Part shown: in pieces, positions 1-13,125 of the stretch
Layout: the number at the start of each line of letters is the position of its first letter
How positions within the stretch are numbered: position 1 is the stretch's first letter
Source: Adineta vaga
Lineage: Eukaryota > Animalia > Rotifera
Assembly: GCA_021613535.1 (NCBI GenBank)
Contig: CP075497.1
Location: forward strand, 9,424,001 to 9,488,000
DNA: 64,000 nucleotides
Direction of reading: 5' to 3'
Made by a program: the position numbers and the translations under genes
Notes under the pieces: model-generated
What the model was told of the DNA's origin: nothing
The model's input: only the letters and a program-made list of their open reading frames with translations
Database searches by the model: none

Positions 1-2197
1 AATTTTTGGTTTTCTGGTAGTCCATTACCATCCTTCTTTTCCTCATCAGCGACAACAAATGGGGGAGGAGGAGGAGGAGGGATAGATAAAACTTCATATA
101 TTCAACAACCAGCAACAAATAAAGTTCTTTTTGATTCCAGTGCATGTAGTTCAAGTTCAGGAAGTTCACCACCTCTCTCGAATGATTTTCTTCTTACACG
201 TTCAAATCCATCAACAGCAACGACAACATTAAATCTAACTCAATTTAATTATATTCAACAGAATCATCATCATCATCCATCAGTTCTAACACCACCATCG
301 AATAATTTTCTTCCACGAGATGATTGGTCACAAATACCTATGCCACAAACAACACTTCAAACACCTCCGCATGGCATCCACAACATACAACAAAAGGTAA
401 AATTTTTCGAAGTCATTTATGCCATCCTATTGTATAGAGAAGAGCTTGCTCAATACTTCATTCATAGGTATATATATATATATACATACATAATATATCC
501 ATTCATTCATCTATTCATTCCCTTTCTTAATGGTTATTCAATGATTGGAAGGATGATTTATAATATTTGTTGCCGTCGCATTACATCTGCACATTTTTCT
601 ACATTCTCTCGCTCGTTTTTTATGTAACAGAGAACAGCATTTGACAATAGATTTCCGGTTCGTTTTCTTTTTCCCTTTTGCCTATATTATTCTAGGATAT
701 AAAGAAACAAGCGAATGCGATCGTTATTTTTTTATATCAAGTACTATTCTAGTTTGATCTCTCAGGCAACATTTGTATGAATATGATCGCATCATTTCAG
801 TCGATCGATCAACACCAGACGTTGCATGATTGAGAGCCAATTTGTCACACAACTAAAAATTTGTCTGTTGTTTTTTAATCGTTTTTTAACCGCATCAACA
901 CACTTAATGGCACCAGCAGTAGGAAAAAAAATTACACGTGCTATATCTTCAATTTCCATTCATAAGGCAAAGGGGCGTGACGAGAAGATTCATCGTTTTG
1001 TTCAGTTGATCCGGATTTTCTTCGAAAAAGATTGATATAAATCGAGTTTTTTCCCTTGTAAAACGAAGAATCTATCAAGATATCGATGTGTAATGAAACG
1101 AATCATCTTATGAGAAAAAACAACGGATGACGGTAGCAATAAACTATATGAATGATATAAGGATAGGCAGAGAAAGCCGCTTCCGTCGATAATGTCATTC
1201 GTTGTCAATGAAGCATTCTCTTTAATTTTCATTGATTTTACAAAAAAAAATGTTGTACATATACATCATTAAGAAAGAAATATCGGACATCATTGTCATT
1301 TTGAACACGAATAATCTATCATTGAAGAAAAAGAAAATTGAAATGAAGATTTCTTTTCTATAATGATGATCATCTAATTGATAATTATATACATATGATG
1401 ATCGATCGAAAAGTGATTTTGCCGGTATGTTCGTGAAATTGTCATCATAGATCGTGAGATCAATTCAAAAGCGCATTCATTTGAAAAGAAAATAAGAGAA
1501 GATCACAATAAACAATGGCATCATCAAGGAGCACGTCAATCGTTTTAATCATTTGTTTTGACTTTGAGTTCGGAGTTCTTTTCCTTCTCTCAAGTGTGTT
1601 TACAATACATATGCACACGAAAGGTTATTAATAAGCCGTTACTTCTGATTGCTTTCTTTGATAAACAAATCAAGTCTCATGAAGAAAAAAAAAGGAAGAA
1701 CATATCTTTTTAGGTGTGCCTATGGATAATGCTCAAGTTACACATTATTCAAGTATAATCAATGGAAATGAATCAACAAAAGATATGAAACGAAAAAGTA
1801 GTCGACCAACATTTACTGGACATCAAATTTTTGCATTAGAAAAAATGTTTGAAAATACGAAATATTTAGCGGGCACCGAAAGATCACGACTTGCTTGTCA
1901 ATTATCAATGAGTGAAGCACAAGTGAAGGTAAGAAAACTCGTGATTTCTTCTCTTGTATATTAAGTATGATAATTTGCTGTTTGTTTTTCTTATTCACTT
2001 TAGGTTTGGTTTCAAAATAGGTAAGAATATTTTTTGTTTTGTTCGATTTTATTTTATTAATTTGATCAAATTTTAGACGAACCAAATGGCGAAAGAAACA
2101 TGCTGCTGAAGTACATGGTCCATCCGGTAAACGAAATAAACAACAGAGAAATGATGATTCAATTCCAACCATTGACTCCGATTCGAATTCATCGTAA
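1..2197 (+). CDS. Nkx6: NK6-class homeobox transcription factor (5' end outside window)
   Basis: Spliced homeodomain [46 protein letters not shown]|VWFQNR|[11 protein letters not shown] matches Nkx6. Exons: <1-396 (open S/G/Q/H-rich frame), possible small exon ~440-467, 1714-1928, 2004-2020, 2077-2197 (TAA). Confidence 0.9.
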
Positions 2198-2606
2198 AAT
2201 GCTTTTCTGCTTCGTCGTCTTCTTCTTCTTCTTTGTTTTAGTGTTTCAGCTATTTGTGAAAATAAAATTTATTGTGTACATTTATTTCCGTTTGTTACAC
2301 ATTATCTTTTGTTCGATATTCTTTCTTCAAATTGAACTTGTTTTTTCTTTCGTTTTTCTTCATTCTTCTCTTTCTATTATGCGCGTTTATCATCGTCGCA
2401 TGCATAGTCATGAAATATATTCTATTAGTAGATTAATATCAATCGTATAGACATTCTATCGCACTTCTTTTGTTGATAAAACAAGCTGAATGTAGAGATC
2501 GAGATATGAAAGATGACTAATCAGATTGTTAGACTAAATCTTTAATTTCTATATTAGAAATATTAACTGTAACACACAAACGAAATTGTTTGATATTCGT
2601 AAAATA

Positions 2607-3168
2607 TTAGTCACTTTTAATTGATCGTTGAAATCGTGTTTGTGCTTGATTTAATCGTATAATTTGTTGTTCTTTGGTTAAGACAGGCATGGCACGACTA
2701 TTGCGAATAAGTGTAATAATACTGAGTAAAGTTTCAATTAAAATTAACATTAAACTAATTCCTGAAAGAAGCATTTCAGTTCGTGTAGTATATGATTGTA
2801 ATAGAAGAAAGAAAACAAAACCAATTGCACAAAATAATCCATAGATAAGAAAAAGAATAAGAAGAGTCGGATTTAACATTAAATTGCCTTTAATACCAAA
2901 AAAATGACGAAGAAAATCATTGAAACAAAGTACAAATATGGAAGATATTTCTATTCCAAATGAAAAATTTGTATAGATTAAATTATAGTATTTAAAAAGA
3001 AAGAGGAGAATTTCCATAATAAACCAAAAGATTGTATAGACAATATTGACATGTAAAAGAATATGAAGAGCTGTACTTGATTGATCAGATACGGATAGAA
3101 ACATATTTTCTAAAATGAAAAAAATATACCATATCATGCAGTGATTATTTTGTTCTTCACTCGCTCAT
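2607..3168 (-). CDS. TMEM216: Ciliary transition-zone membrane protein, TMEM216/TMEM17/TMEM80 family
   Basis: Four TM segments; STALHILLHVN...EILLFLFKY...LRHFFGIKGNL resembles TMEM216 SSTPLEIL...LFFGTKGNL. A short first exon (ATG at 3168) splices in frame to the main exon. Confidence 0.8.
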
Positions 3169-3348
3169 GAATATATAATATATCAGTGAAAGCAAAAGCT
3201 ATAAATGTCTGGTGAATGTTGTACAATGAACAAACATAGATAAGAGATAAATCCAAGCGAGTTAATCTTCCATAATACTTTGATGTGTTAAAGTGACGCC
3301 TCTTCAGCAGGTATCTTATATTTATCTATAACACGCCATCTATTCTGA

Positions 3349-3372
3349 CTTTTACTTTTACTTTTACTTTTA
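3349..3372. repeat. (TTTTAC)n short tandem repeat
   Basis: About four consecutive CTTTTA units visible. Confidence 0.8.
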
Positions 3373-4891
3373 TGATATATATAGTATATCTTATATCAAT
3401 ACAACTGTATTTAGTTGGCGATTGATTTCTCCTGTATGAAAATAATTCGACTTTTAAACTCAATCGAATTATTTACTGTTATATCCAATATAATCTGATT
3501 ACTTCTGTATATTCAACATAATCGCTTTTCTATAAATAATCTGAAAAACATCAGAAATAATCGTGTTTATTTAAAACGAATATTCAATATATTTCTTTAT
3601 AGTATTAATGGCTAATGCGTCATTAGCAGAAAAGCTAATTGACACCCACCCAGCCTAGCTGTTGCAAGTTTGGTAAATATTATGTTGTTATTGAGAACGT
3701 TTCGAATAGATTATAATTCCAAACAGATCTATGTAACAAGATTAAGCAGTCTACGTTTTAGGTACCAAAGTTAACATAAACTGTCAAGATTGCCATCTAA
3801 TTCTCGCCTATCTTTCAATATCACTGTTGATTGACTCATATGCCGTATAATTTCCAAAGAGCTCCAGATGCAACATGTATCTAAATCAGGACAGGCTTTC
3901 AAGACACATTCAAATGTTTCCGGATTACCTAGCGATAGATCGACAGCATTCAAAGCAGACGAACTAAGTCAAGTTGAAGATGAATTGCAACAGAATTCAA
4001 ACAACATCTTTGAAGGAATAGAAAAAAGTTTGAATAAATCAACTCATAGATTACAGGATGAATTTCAGCTCTGACAGAAAAAACATCATACAATCATCTG
4101 CAAAATTGTCTGCGTCACATACGAGAAGTTAAGTTATTGAACGAAGCATTCATTTAATCCATGGAAACTATATGCAGAAGCGCTATTGGATCATAGTAGA
4201 GTAGGAAAAAATATCATATAGTACTTTATTGAATAAAGTTTTTAAACTTGAAGGCATGAGTTGATCTCTACTTTTATTGTTAGTATGTGCTCTGGAAATT
4301 GGAAGAAATTAAATAAAGACTAACTGTATCATCGTTTTATAAGAATCTCCATAGTAGGAACCACATCCTAAAATTTATCTACTATGTTGCTAACTGGTGA
4401 CATCTGTATGTTAAATACTAGTAATTCTATCTACTTTCTCTCATCGAAAGTGGATTGAGCACACATGCTAAGTCATGGAATGTATGCGCAAAGAATATGT
4501 TTAAAGTGATATAGTGATTTGAAACATGAAATCTCATCATTGACCATTCTATTGGTTCATTTCTATATGCCAAACAGATTGTTGAATGTAATCAGACAGA
4601 TATAGACAGAGTTTCGATTCGATTTCGGGTTGTCAGTCTATTTCTTATATTGAAAAAAATCGTGCAATGCATTCGTTTCGTTATTTTATAATCTATATGC
4701 CTCTATGTTTTGTTTATGACATATAAAGACCTATTTTGTATTCAAAAAGTAAACTTAGATCACTTTCGTCTTGATAGACGAAAATTCTCTCTACACACGT
4801 CCGTTTCAACAAGTTACTAAATAAACACAAAATTTCATATTAATAAAACAAATGTATATTTGTAAATGAATTCTTATTTTTTTAGATCATT

Positions 4892-6973
4892 ATGCGTTTT
4901 TCATTTATTTTTATTTTTCTTATTTTGTTCATTTCTTATGCTCAAAGTAAACGTGTGATGGATCAAATGTATATAACATTTGATCGTGCACGGTATTGTG
5001 TTCGGCGTCTAAATGCCACTCATGAAATTGGTTGTCAAGCATCATTGAGAGGCAATTCTGGTCGAATGTATATGATCGATAATAATAATGAATTTAATTC
5101 ATATCTTGCGGATAGTAAAACAATTGATTCTTCTAGTTCATTTATTATTACTCTCAATATTGATCTATTCGATTCGGAACATATGGATCGATTAATGACA
5201 CGACTTGATACGAAATTAAATGGTCTTCTGGTTTATTTAAAATCAAATTTAACACGACCTGAAGATTTTTCTCATGATGATAAATGTCCAAACCATCGTG
5301 AATCCTATTATTTAAATCAGACTGAAATAGTAAATTGGAATCCGAAAGGAACTGGTCTTTTCTTTCGTTCATTTCCATTTCCAATCATGTTAATTGACGA
5401 AGAAGATGATTATAAACTTTTACTAGATTATTATAAACGATTCGATCATACTCAGTCAACACCATCTTGTGGTTTAGAATTGAAAGCATTTCAAAATGCT
5501 GCACATACATCGAAAACATGTATACGTCGTAATGATATTTCCCATTCATTAATCGATACCGAAGAAGCCTTATGTGATCCTATTGGTGGTTTAAATATAT
5601 ACAGTAAATTATCTGATCCATTAACAATTACACCAAAACAACGACAAGAAAAATCAGTTATATTGATTTTAGCAACAACAGATAGTTTTCAAATGTTTCT
5701 AAAAACAAAAGGTTCAACAGGTGGTGCACAACAACCAGCAACGTCACTCATTACATTTCTTTCACTTGCACATCTTATCGGACAAGCACAGGAAGATTTG
5801 AATAAACTTGATAAAGAGATTATATTTGTTACATTGGATGGTGAGGCATTAGATTATTCAGCTTCATTTCGATTTTTATTTGATATGGAACATGGATATT
5901 TTCCAAATGAAGATAAAACTGAAGAACGTATTAAAAAAGAACATATACATTCAATTATTGAATTTCATTCCTTAAGTTTTATTAATAACCCGACTTCAGT
6001 GAGTAATCTTTATGCACATCCATCAAATCTAATAAATCAAACATTTATTGATAAATTATTAAATAAAACTTCAAAGATTCATCAAATGCCAGTTAATGCA
6101 CTTCTTCCACCTGCATCATCACAAATTTTTCTGCGTCAAACATCTTCATCATCTTTTCCAGTTTATATTTTAACATCTACGAATCAAAGTCAATTATCAA
6201 ATCATTACTATCATTCATTTTTTGATGATCCATCGACATTATCAATAAATATTTCTTCTTTAGAATATAATACAACAACAGATTTTAGTCAATGGATTAA
6301 AAGTATTGTTGAACCATTAGGTCAAACATTAATTGAAACATTCACTGGTTTGAATAATAATCTAACGATCGAACAAGAAATTATTAATAATCTTGTTTAT
6401 TGTGTTTTGAAAAATATCAATTGTCCTCTTATTCACAATGTGAGTAATGAAACGACTGGTAGTTCATTTGAATCATTCAATCAAACATCTTTACCTTTTT
6501 CAATCAATACTTATCCAACAGCCACCACACCAACATTTCCCTTCGTACGAAGTATACTAAGTTATTTCTTACGTGATCGAACATATGATACAAAGAATTT
6601 TACTGAAACAACATGTAAAGAACAAGGTCAAAATGATACTTTACGATCATATCGATTTGTTGATGGATATTTACCATCGATCTCAACTGACAAAAAATTC
6701 TCTAGTTATTGTGTACGATCATATTTTCGAGTTGCAGATTCTTCTTCACCTGCATTTAGTATTAGCAAATATGATTTATCGCAAACAACATATCCAGCAT
6801 GGGCTGAGAGTCGATGGTCAACAATAAGTTTACGATTATTTATCATTCCAACAAAAACACATGAAGCAGTAACATTGATTATTGGTATTCTTCTTTTTTT
6901 GATTTCATTTATTATCTTTTTCATCTTACGTTATTTTACAAAACTGAGTTTATTGCAACCTTCATCATCGTAA
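4892..6973 (+). CDS. NCSTN: Nicastrin (gamma-secretase subunit), single coding exon, 693 aa
   Basis: Signal peptide; CVRRLNATHEIGCQ; WNPKGTGLFFRSFPFPI; GEALDYSAS (DYIGS-equivalent); LLPPAS; YYHSFFDD; YPAWAESRW; single C-terminal TM. Confidence 0.95.
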   Translation: MRFSFIFIFLILFISYAQSKRVMDQMYITFDRARYCVRRLNATHEIGCQASLRGNSGRMYMIDNNNEFNSYLADSKTIDSSSSFIITLNIDLFDSEHMDRLMTRLDTKLNGLLVYLKSNLTRPEDFSHDDKCPNHRESYYLNQTEIVNWNPKGTGLFFRSFPFPIMLIDEEDDYKLLLDYYKRFDHTQSTPSCGLELKAFQNAAHTSKTCIRRNDISHSLIDTEEALCDPIGGLNIYSKLSDPLTITPKQRQEKSVILILATTDSFQMFLKTKGSTGGAQQPATSLITFLSLAHLIGQAQEDLNKLDKEIIFVTLDGEALDYSASFRFLFDMEHGYFPNEDKTEERIKKEHIHSIIEFHSLSFINNPTSVSNLYAHPSNLINQTFIDKLLNKTSKIHQMPVNALLPPASSQIFLRQTSSSSFPVYILTSTNQSQLSNHYYHSFFDDPSTLSINISSLEYNTTTDFSQWIKSIVEPLGQTLIETFTGLNNNLTIEQEIINNLVYCVLKNINCPLIHNVSNETTGSSFESFNQTSLPFSINTYPTATTPTFPFVRSILSYFLRDRTYDTKNFTETTCKEQGQNDTLRSYRFVDGYLPSISTDKKFSSYCVRSYFRVADSSSPAFSISKYDLSQTTYPAWAESRWSTISLRLFIIPTKTHEAVTLIIGILLFLISFIIFFILRYFTKLSLLQPSSS

Positions 6974-7682
6974 TGATTGCAATAAGTTTCTTTTTTGTCA
7001 AATGTGTGAATGTATTATTTGATTTTGTTTTCCGTCCTATTTTCTTTTTCTATGATTTGATCATATTATTATTCATTTACCATGTAATTATTTTAATAAA
7101 GTCCTAAAATATTTATACTTTTCGATTCTTCATCAATGATAAATCTCAAAACTGATTTTACTCGATTGCCCCTCATTTGATTACATGATACTAACGAAGA
7201 AAACTGATAACTATCATTGTGCCCTTAAGATATTCTAGCACATAAGATCTTTTCTTCTTTTTATTTTCTTGCATCGAAGAAGTATCATGACATTTTAGTA
7301 GGTGAAAATTTCTGTGCTTAGGCTGATTGATTTTAATACAGAACAAATATATTTAGAATATGATTCAACAGGTGTTAACATCTGGTATGTATATCGAAAA
7401 TATTATTTATCATCATAACATCGAGATAATATTCATTTGATCAATAAACTTATAAATCGTCGACTAGAAGTAAAGAATAAGTACAAAAAAAAAATAAGAA
7501 AAAACAACGCGTATTATTCGTTACGCCTGAGAACGTTTGATTTTAATTGGTAAATCGTATGTAATACATACTTGACTTTTACGTTCTGTCGAGAATGAAA
7601 ATAGATGATATATATCATCAATCTTATTTCTCTTGTTATTGTAGACAAATCAAGAACACATTCATTGATTACTTCAAGTAAA

Positions 7683-9466
7683 ATGAACCAACAACAACAT
7701 CAAATCTTATCTAAGTAAGATGGATCGTTTTGTTTCTAATTGAATTCGAAATATGATGAATAAGATTGGCGAGCTGTAACGATAATTGAATAGTGAAAGA
7801 GTACGAACAATCTCAATCGAATATTATTTTTCCTAAAAACAAAACATAGTGAGACTTTTGAAATACGATCAACTGAGAAACAACTTTGTTTAGTTTTCGT
7901 TGGAGTGCTCCGCTTTCAATATGTCTCATTCTCGTAATGCTTTTGCTGATTTGTGGAACCATTGTTCTTGCATTAATTCCTGTCTATTTAACAACAGATG
8001 ATATAAAACATAATACCAAGTCAAGTATGTCGTTTTGTTACATGTATTTCATATATTTTCTTTATCCTTGTGTTTTTTAGATAAACTTTCGTACTATACG
8101 ATATATGCTTCTAATATGACGAACGGTCGATCACGTACCTTATCGAATATGAATGATCTCTCTAAACAGGTTTACTTTTCTTTACAAATGTTCAAGTTTA
8201 CGAAAGGTTTTATTTGTTGATTAGATGTTGAGAAATCTTCCTCAATCAAATATGAAGTTGAACATTGACTCTGCTCGATTTTTACCAATAAAAGGATCAA
8301 CGAGAACAAAAAGACAAATATCAAATAGGTAAATTTAAAAGATGATTTTTGATACTATTGTTAGTATCTGGTTTTAGTGGTATTACTTGTGAACAAGCGA
8401 TAGAATTAGATGGTGATTTATTTACTACACATGATATTATACGATTACCCACAATTTGTCAATCAGAAAACTGCCGACAACGGTTTCTTAAAAAAAATCA
8501 AAATGACCTACGAACATCCAATCATCGAATTGGGACCGAAATGAAATTTAATGATGATGATAAAACACATAATGTTCAAATGGCATTCTGTGCATTTTCA
8601 ATAACAGGTAAAATCAAATTGAAATTGTTCTCAGCTCCCTTACAGAATACTTTATATAATGAATTTTCTATTCGTGAACCTTCTTTTTGTTTCTTTCAAT
8701 AAAAAATATAGATCCTTACGATCGAATATCAAATCCAACGGATGCATCTGGTTGTACATCAGAAACGTCGAAATATATTTATCTATTGGATCAAGATAGT
8801 CATTTTTTTCGTTTACATCCAAAAACATTTGTTATCACATTTGTTGGAACATTGAATTGTTCTACAACGGCATATCCCTATTCCATGGCGGTTCAACGAA
8901 ATGGAAAAGCTTGGACATTATTTACTGATGGAAACTTATATACATTCGATGTTAATACTGTTCAATGTCAAACAACATCTTATGTGTCTGAACAAGAAGG
9001 TTTAATTCTTTTTGGAATGAACTTCGCTATAGATAAATTAACGAATCAAGAAAAACTGTATCTCACTAGTGATTCTTCAAATCCACCCTATCGTTTGGCT
9101 ACTCTTGATATTAATAGTTTAGAAATTTCAATTATTGGATATTATTATGATCTTAGTGCACGTGCTGAATTGACGGGTACTAATGATGGACGTTTATTTG
9201 GTTTATTTGAAGGTAAACCATATATTATTGCCGAAATTAATGCAACGAATGGAGAAATTCTTTCACAAACGGCACAAGATATGATTCAATATACATCTGA
9301 TTCATTGAATTTCGCTTTTGCATCGTATGCATCGAACTTTTTTCTATTCGTTGGTGATAATAGTTTTACGGATATATTTCTTTTTGATTCTTCTACTAAA
9401 ACAACATTTAAACAAACACGAATATCTAATGGTATTGTTGGTTCAGCAACTTCTACATGTATGTAA
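7683..9466 (+). CDS. Type II membrane protein with RTKR furin-type site and C-terminal bacterial-like beta-propeller; in-frame TGA in exon 2
   Basis: Seven exons joined in frame by GT-AG introns. TM ...TIVLALIPVYL; last exon 8712-9466 encodes PYSMAVQRNG..FGMNF..AELTGTNDGRLFG..IVGSATSTC. In-frame TGA at 7787-7789 makes the 5' end uncertain. Confidence 0.7.
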
Positions 9467-10232
9467 AGATTATATTCTTAATGACTGCAACATATTTTCT
9501 CGAAAAAGAGAACTATTTTTTATTGATTGTATTTTATTTTATTTTCAAATAACATGATGAATCTTATTGAAATCATTATTATTGATTTTCATTGACAAAA
9601 AAATCTTTGCAATCTATTTGAGGTAATGTTCAACGTTATGACACAATATAATAATCTTTCATAGAATCGAGAGAAATTTTAATAAATCTGACTTTGTTTA
9701 TCATCTAAATATCATTCGTTATGTATGATTTTGATTTAGCGTTGTCAAATATTCACATACATTTATTAATACGATGTCAACAAAGTCGAATAAAAATCTT
9801 TACTAAGCTAATAATATTCAGCTTTTTCTTTCTATCTGCAATTTTATTCACAAAGTCTGGAAATGGATGTATATTCTAATGCTTCTTCAATGTTCAAAGG
9901 TGTCTGTGTTGATCTACTTAGTAGACATATGTTTAGTCGTTATTAATGTCGTGTTCTATAAGAAGATGATTGTTCTATGCTGAGTTTTTCAAGAAAATAA
10001 AACGTCGCATATATAAAACATAGACTTTTCCTTTGTATTTATGATATATCAATAAAAATATGTCAAGTTATTTTGTTCTATCCAACATTTGGCATATTTT
10101 TATTTTAATAAATATAAGGATATGTCAAAAAACGATCTTCTCTTTGAATTCATTCATTTATTCTTCAATTTCATCATATCGAGACATACTAGATTTAATT
10201 GAAAGAAAAACAGTTCTCTTAAAATAACACAA

Positions 10233-12503
10233 ATGGAAACAGATTTGCCATCGAATGTTCATGGAAATTTTCAGAACCTTCGAAATATGTGGAGTATAAA
10301 AGCACAAGAACAAAATAAATTATTAGGATCATCGACAAAACCATGTCGTTCATGGTGTAATCAACAAAAAGGAAAGATTGTTTCTTCAAAACTGAACGTA
10401 CCTATTTTGAAAATTACCAATGAAATAACAAGAGAAGAATCAACAGGTATTACTTTAATCTGAATAAAGCTTCTTTCTAAAAACGATATCTTCACATTAA
10501 AAGAAGTATTCTTTTCCTTAGAAACAATTTTATCTTCATCAGAACAAAATATTTTACTACTTGAAGACGATCCTCTTCTATCAATTCCGGCACCACCACC
10601 CTCGATTATGTTCAAATATCAAGCACAAAATATATCCGTCATGAAACAAATGGTTAATAAGATGACTATTGATGAAAAGAAAAATATTCTTTCGAAAATT
10701 TCAAAAACAACTGGTATTCATCGATGGAAGATCACTCGTCTTGCTTTTCGTAGTGGTCTCATATTTAATCGAAGTAGACGAGCATCGGATAGTATTTTAC
10801 CATTATTAATGAAAACACATTTTATAACACATCGTTCACGTGTCGATAGTTTGAATAGTGTATCAAGTGAAACACCATTTGAAAGTCTTATTGATTATTT
10901 AACTGGTGATAACGACGAGGAAGAAACGTATTTAACAAAAGCCAAAAAAAACAAACGAGCAAAATCGGATGTAAGTGATTGTCTACGACGAAATCGATTA
11001 GATGATGCTATACTTCAATATAAAATGGTACTTCAACATTTGAAAAATCATGGTCAATTTATGGCAGAATATCCTGCTCCATCTTTAGATAAGGTAGTAC
11101 AACGAGAAAAATCGTTTGATATGAAATTAACCACTTCGACAAGTGCACAAAAAGAAGAAATTGCTGTCAAGTCATCATCACCTTCGAAACGACAAACACG
11201 ATCATTATCAAGAGATTTTGGTCGGACATTTTCAAGCTTTATTATGAATGATTTATTTCATTCAGAAACAGACAAACCAAATTTAGAAAAACAAAAACGT
11301 CCAAGTTTTTCTCATGCATCATCTCAAACAACTCATTCTGATTCTATTCATGAAAAACAAGATGAACCAATTGATTCTAATGAAGAAATACAAAATCTTG
11401 AATTTATTGGAATTAATACAGATTCAAATGAGGAAGCAGATGAAGTGCTAAATGAATTAGATACAATGTTAGAACAACAATTACCCGCACCAACTGCTGA
11501 TATTGTATATCCTACTATTTTAGAGGTACCTATTGATCCACCGAGAACAAATGCAGAAGAATCATTGATGCAAACTTTATTCGAAGGAAAGAAGACGGCC
11601 TATAGTCCCGATGATCATGAAATGAAATCAATTCGCTTACGTTAGTTGAAAAAAATTATTCATCTAAGTTTTAATGAATCTTTTCTTTTTCTATTTTCAG
11701 CAAATGAAATGCTACCTGTATATGAAATTGCAAAGAAGAAATGTTTTTTTGATACAGAAAGAGTTCTTGTAAGTAAAAGTAGTTTATTTAATGCAATTTT
11801 TTTTCTTTTTCTTCTTATCATTTCAAGTATACAAGTATGATGGAAAAAATTCGACGTCGATCATATTCTCGACATGTTCGAATTCTTTGTATAACAACTC
11901 AACGATTATATAATTTAACAAAAAAAGACTCCTATCCAAAAGAAGTATTATTATTTCGTCAAATTCTTGGTGTAACTTGTACACCATATAAAGATGGTTT
12001 TGTTTGTATTCATTCAAAAGAATCACATGATGATCGTGTAGGAATAGTTTTATATTGATGTAAGATTTGTGTAGTATACAGATGTAATTCTAGGGTGATT
12101 GGCTTATTATGACTGAGCATCCTTGTGAATTTATTACACGATTATTTATGGCAATGGGACGAAAGAATAATAACGATGGTTTTCTCAAAATTGAAACGAA
12201 GTAATAGAAATTGTATGTTTGAATGTTTATACGATTAAATTTTGTTTAGATTTTCACATTGTCGACGATTTTCTGGAGAATGTAAGACAATACTGAAAGA
12301 TTTTCTTTTATACATGCGTTTTTGTAAACATTTTTCTATTTATTTTATAGCAAGTTCTTCGAATTGCGTCGTTGAAGCTTATTTAGCTCCTCAATTTAGT
12401 ATAAAAAAGACAGCTTTTGATACTCTTATTATCGTAAGTTAAATTTCATATTCGTCTCTCATCTATATAATATTTTTAATCTTTATTGTAGTATACACCT
12501 TGA
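10233..12503 (+). CDS. Low-complexity protein with C-terminal myosin-I TH1 (PH-like) domain, no motor domain
   Basis: Intron ~10447-10503 joins the two ORFs. Later exons give ERVLYTSMMEKIRRRSYSRHVRILCITTQRLYNL...QILGVTCTPYKDGFVCIH...GDWLIMTEHPCEFITRL, matching the TH1 pattern. Stop TGA at 12501-12503. Confidence 0.7.
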
Positions 12504-13125
12504 TCCAGTTCTTTGTCTAGATTTAAAACTGCTTTTTGACGCATGCTGTCATAACTGCTATTTCACATACATATATTTGTTTTGCTAAATATCGGGCTTA
12601 ATTTAAAGAAAAAAAGAAATATTTTTCGAAGTAAATGTAGTCATTACACGTGTTGAATCGAAGGTAATAGCGAAGTCAATGATGCATATCGGTCGAATAG
12701 CCTTGTTGACAAGAACGAACGAAATAATGAATTCTTCATATTTTAAACTGATCTTTCACATCATTTGCTTTCTTTTTCTTTCTATCATTCGCTTCGTTGA
12801 GTTAATACTTGTCTTTGTACATTACTTGTTTTCGAAGCAATATAAATGATGATGAATAGAGCCCACCCATATGTACATGTGAATAGAAAAGTGATGAGTA
12901 GCGAATCATGTGTCTCATCGGGCAATGAATTGATCAACCTTGTTATTTTATAGATACCTTTGGGCGCATTGAAACGATACACACACAAGCACTTAGCTTT
13001 TTATCTATACTCTCTAACATTTGATTTTTTAAACAGTCGTCATCATATAAAAATATATTTGATGATAATTTAGCGTGAAAACAAGTTGCATAACGATTTA
13101 GTTGTTTATTTAAATCAGAAATACA

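Noticed and set aside
3608-4200. Short coding-like fragments (ORF 3868-4074), possible TE or pseudogene relic
   Set aside because: No recognisable domain, terminal repeats or coherent spliced frame.
10461-10463. Apparent premature stop between ORFs 10233 and 10608
   Set aside because: Falls inside a canonical ~57-nt intron (10447-10503).
12785-12988. 67-aa minus-strand ORF with a hydrophobic stretch
   Set aside because: Non-ATG start, no family motif; lies in the ATPase upstream region.
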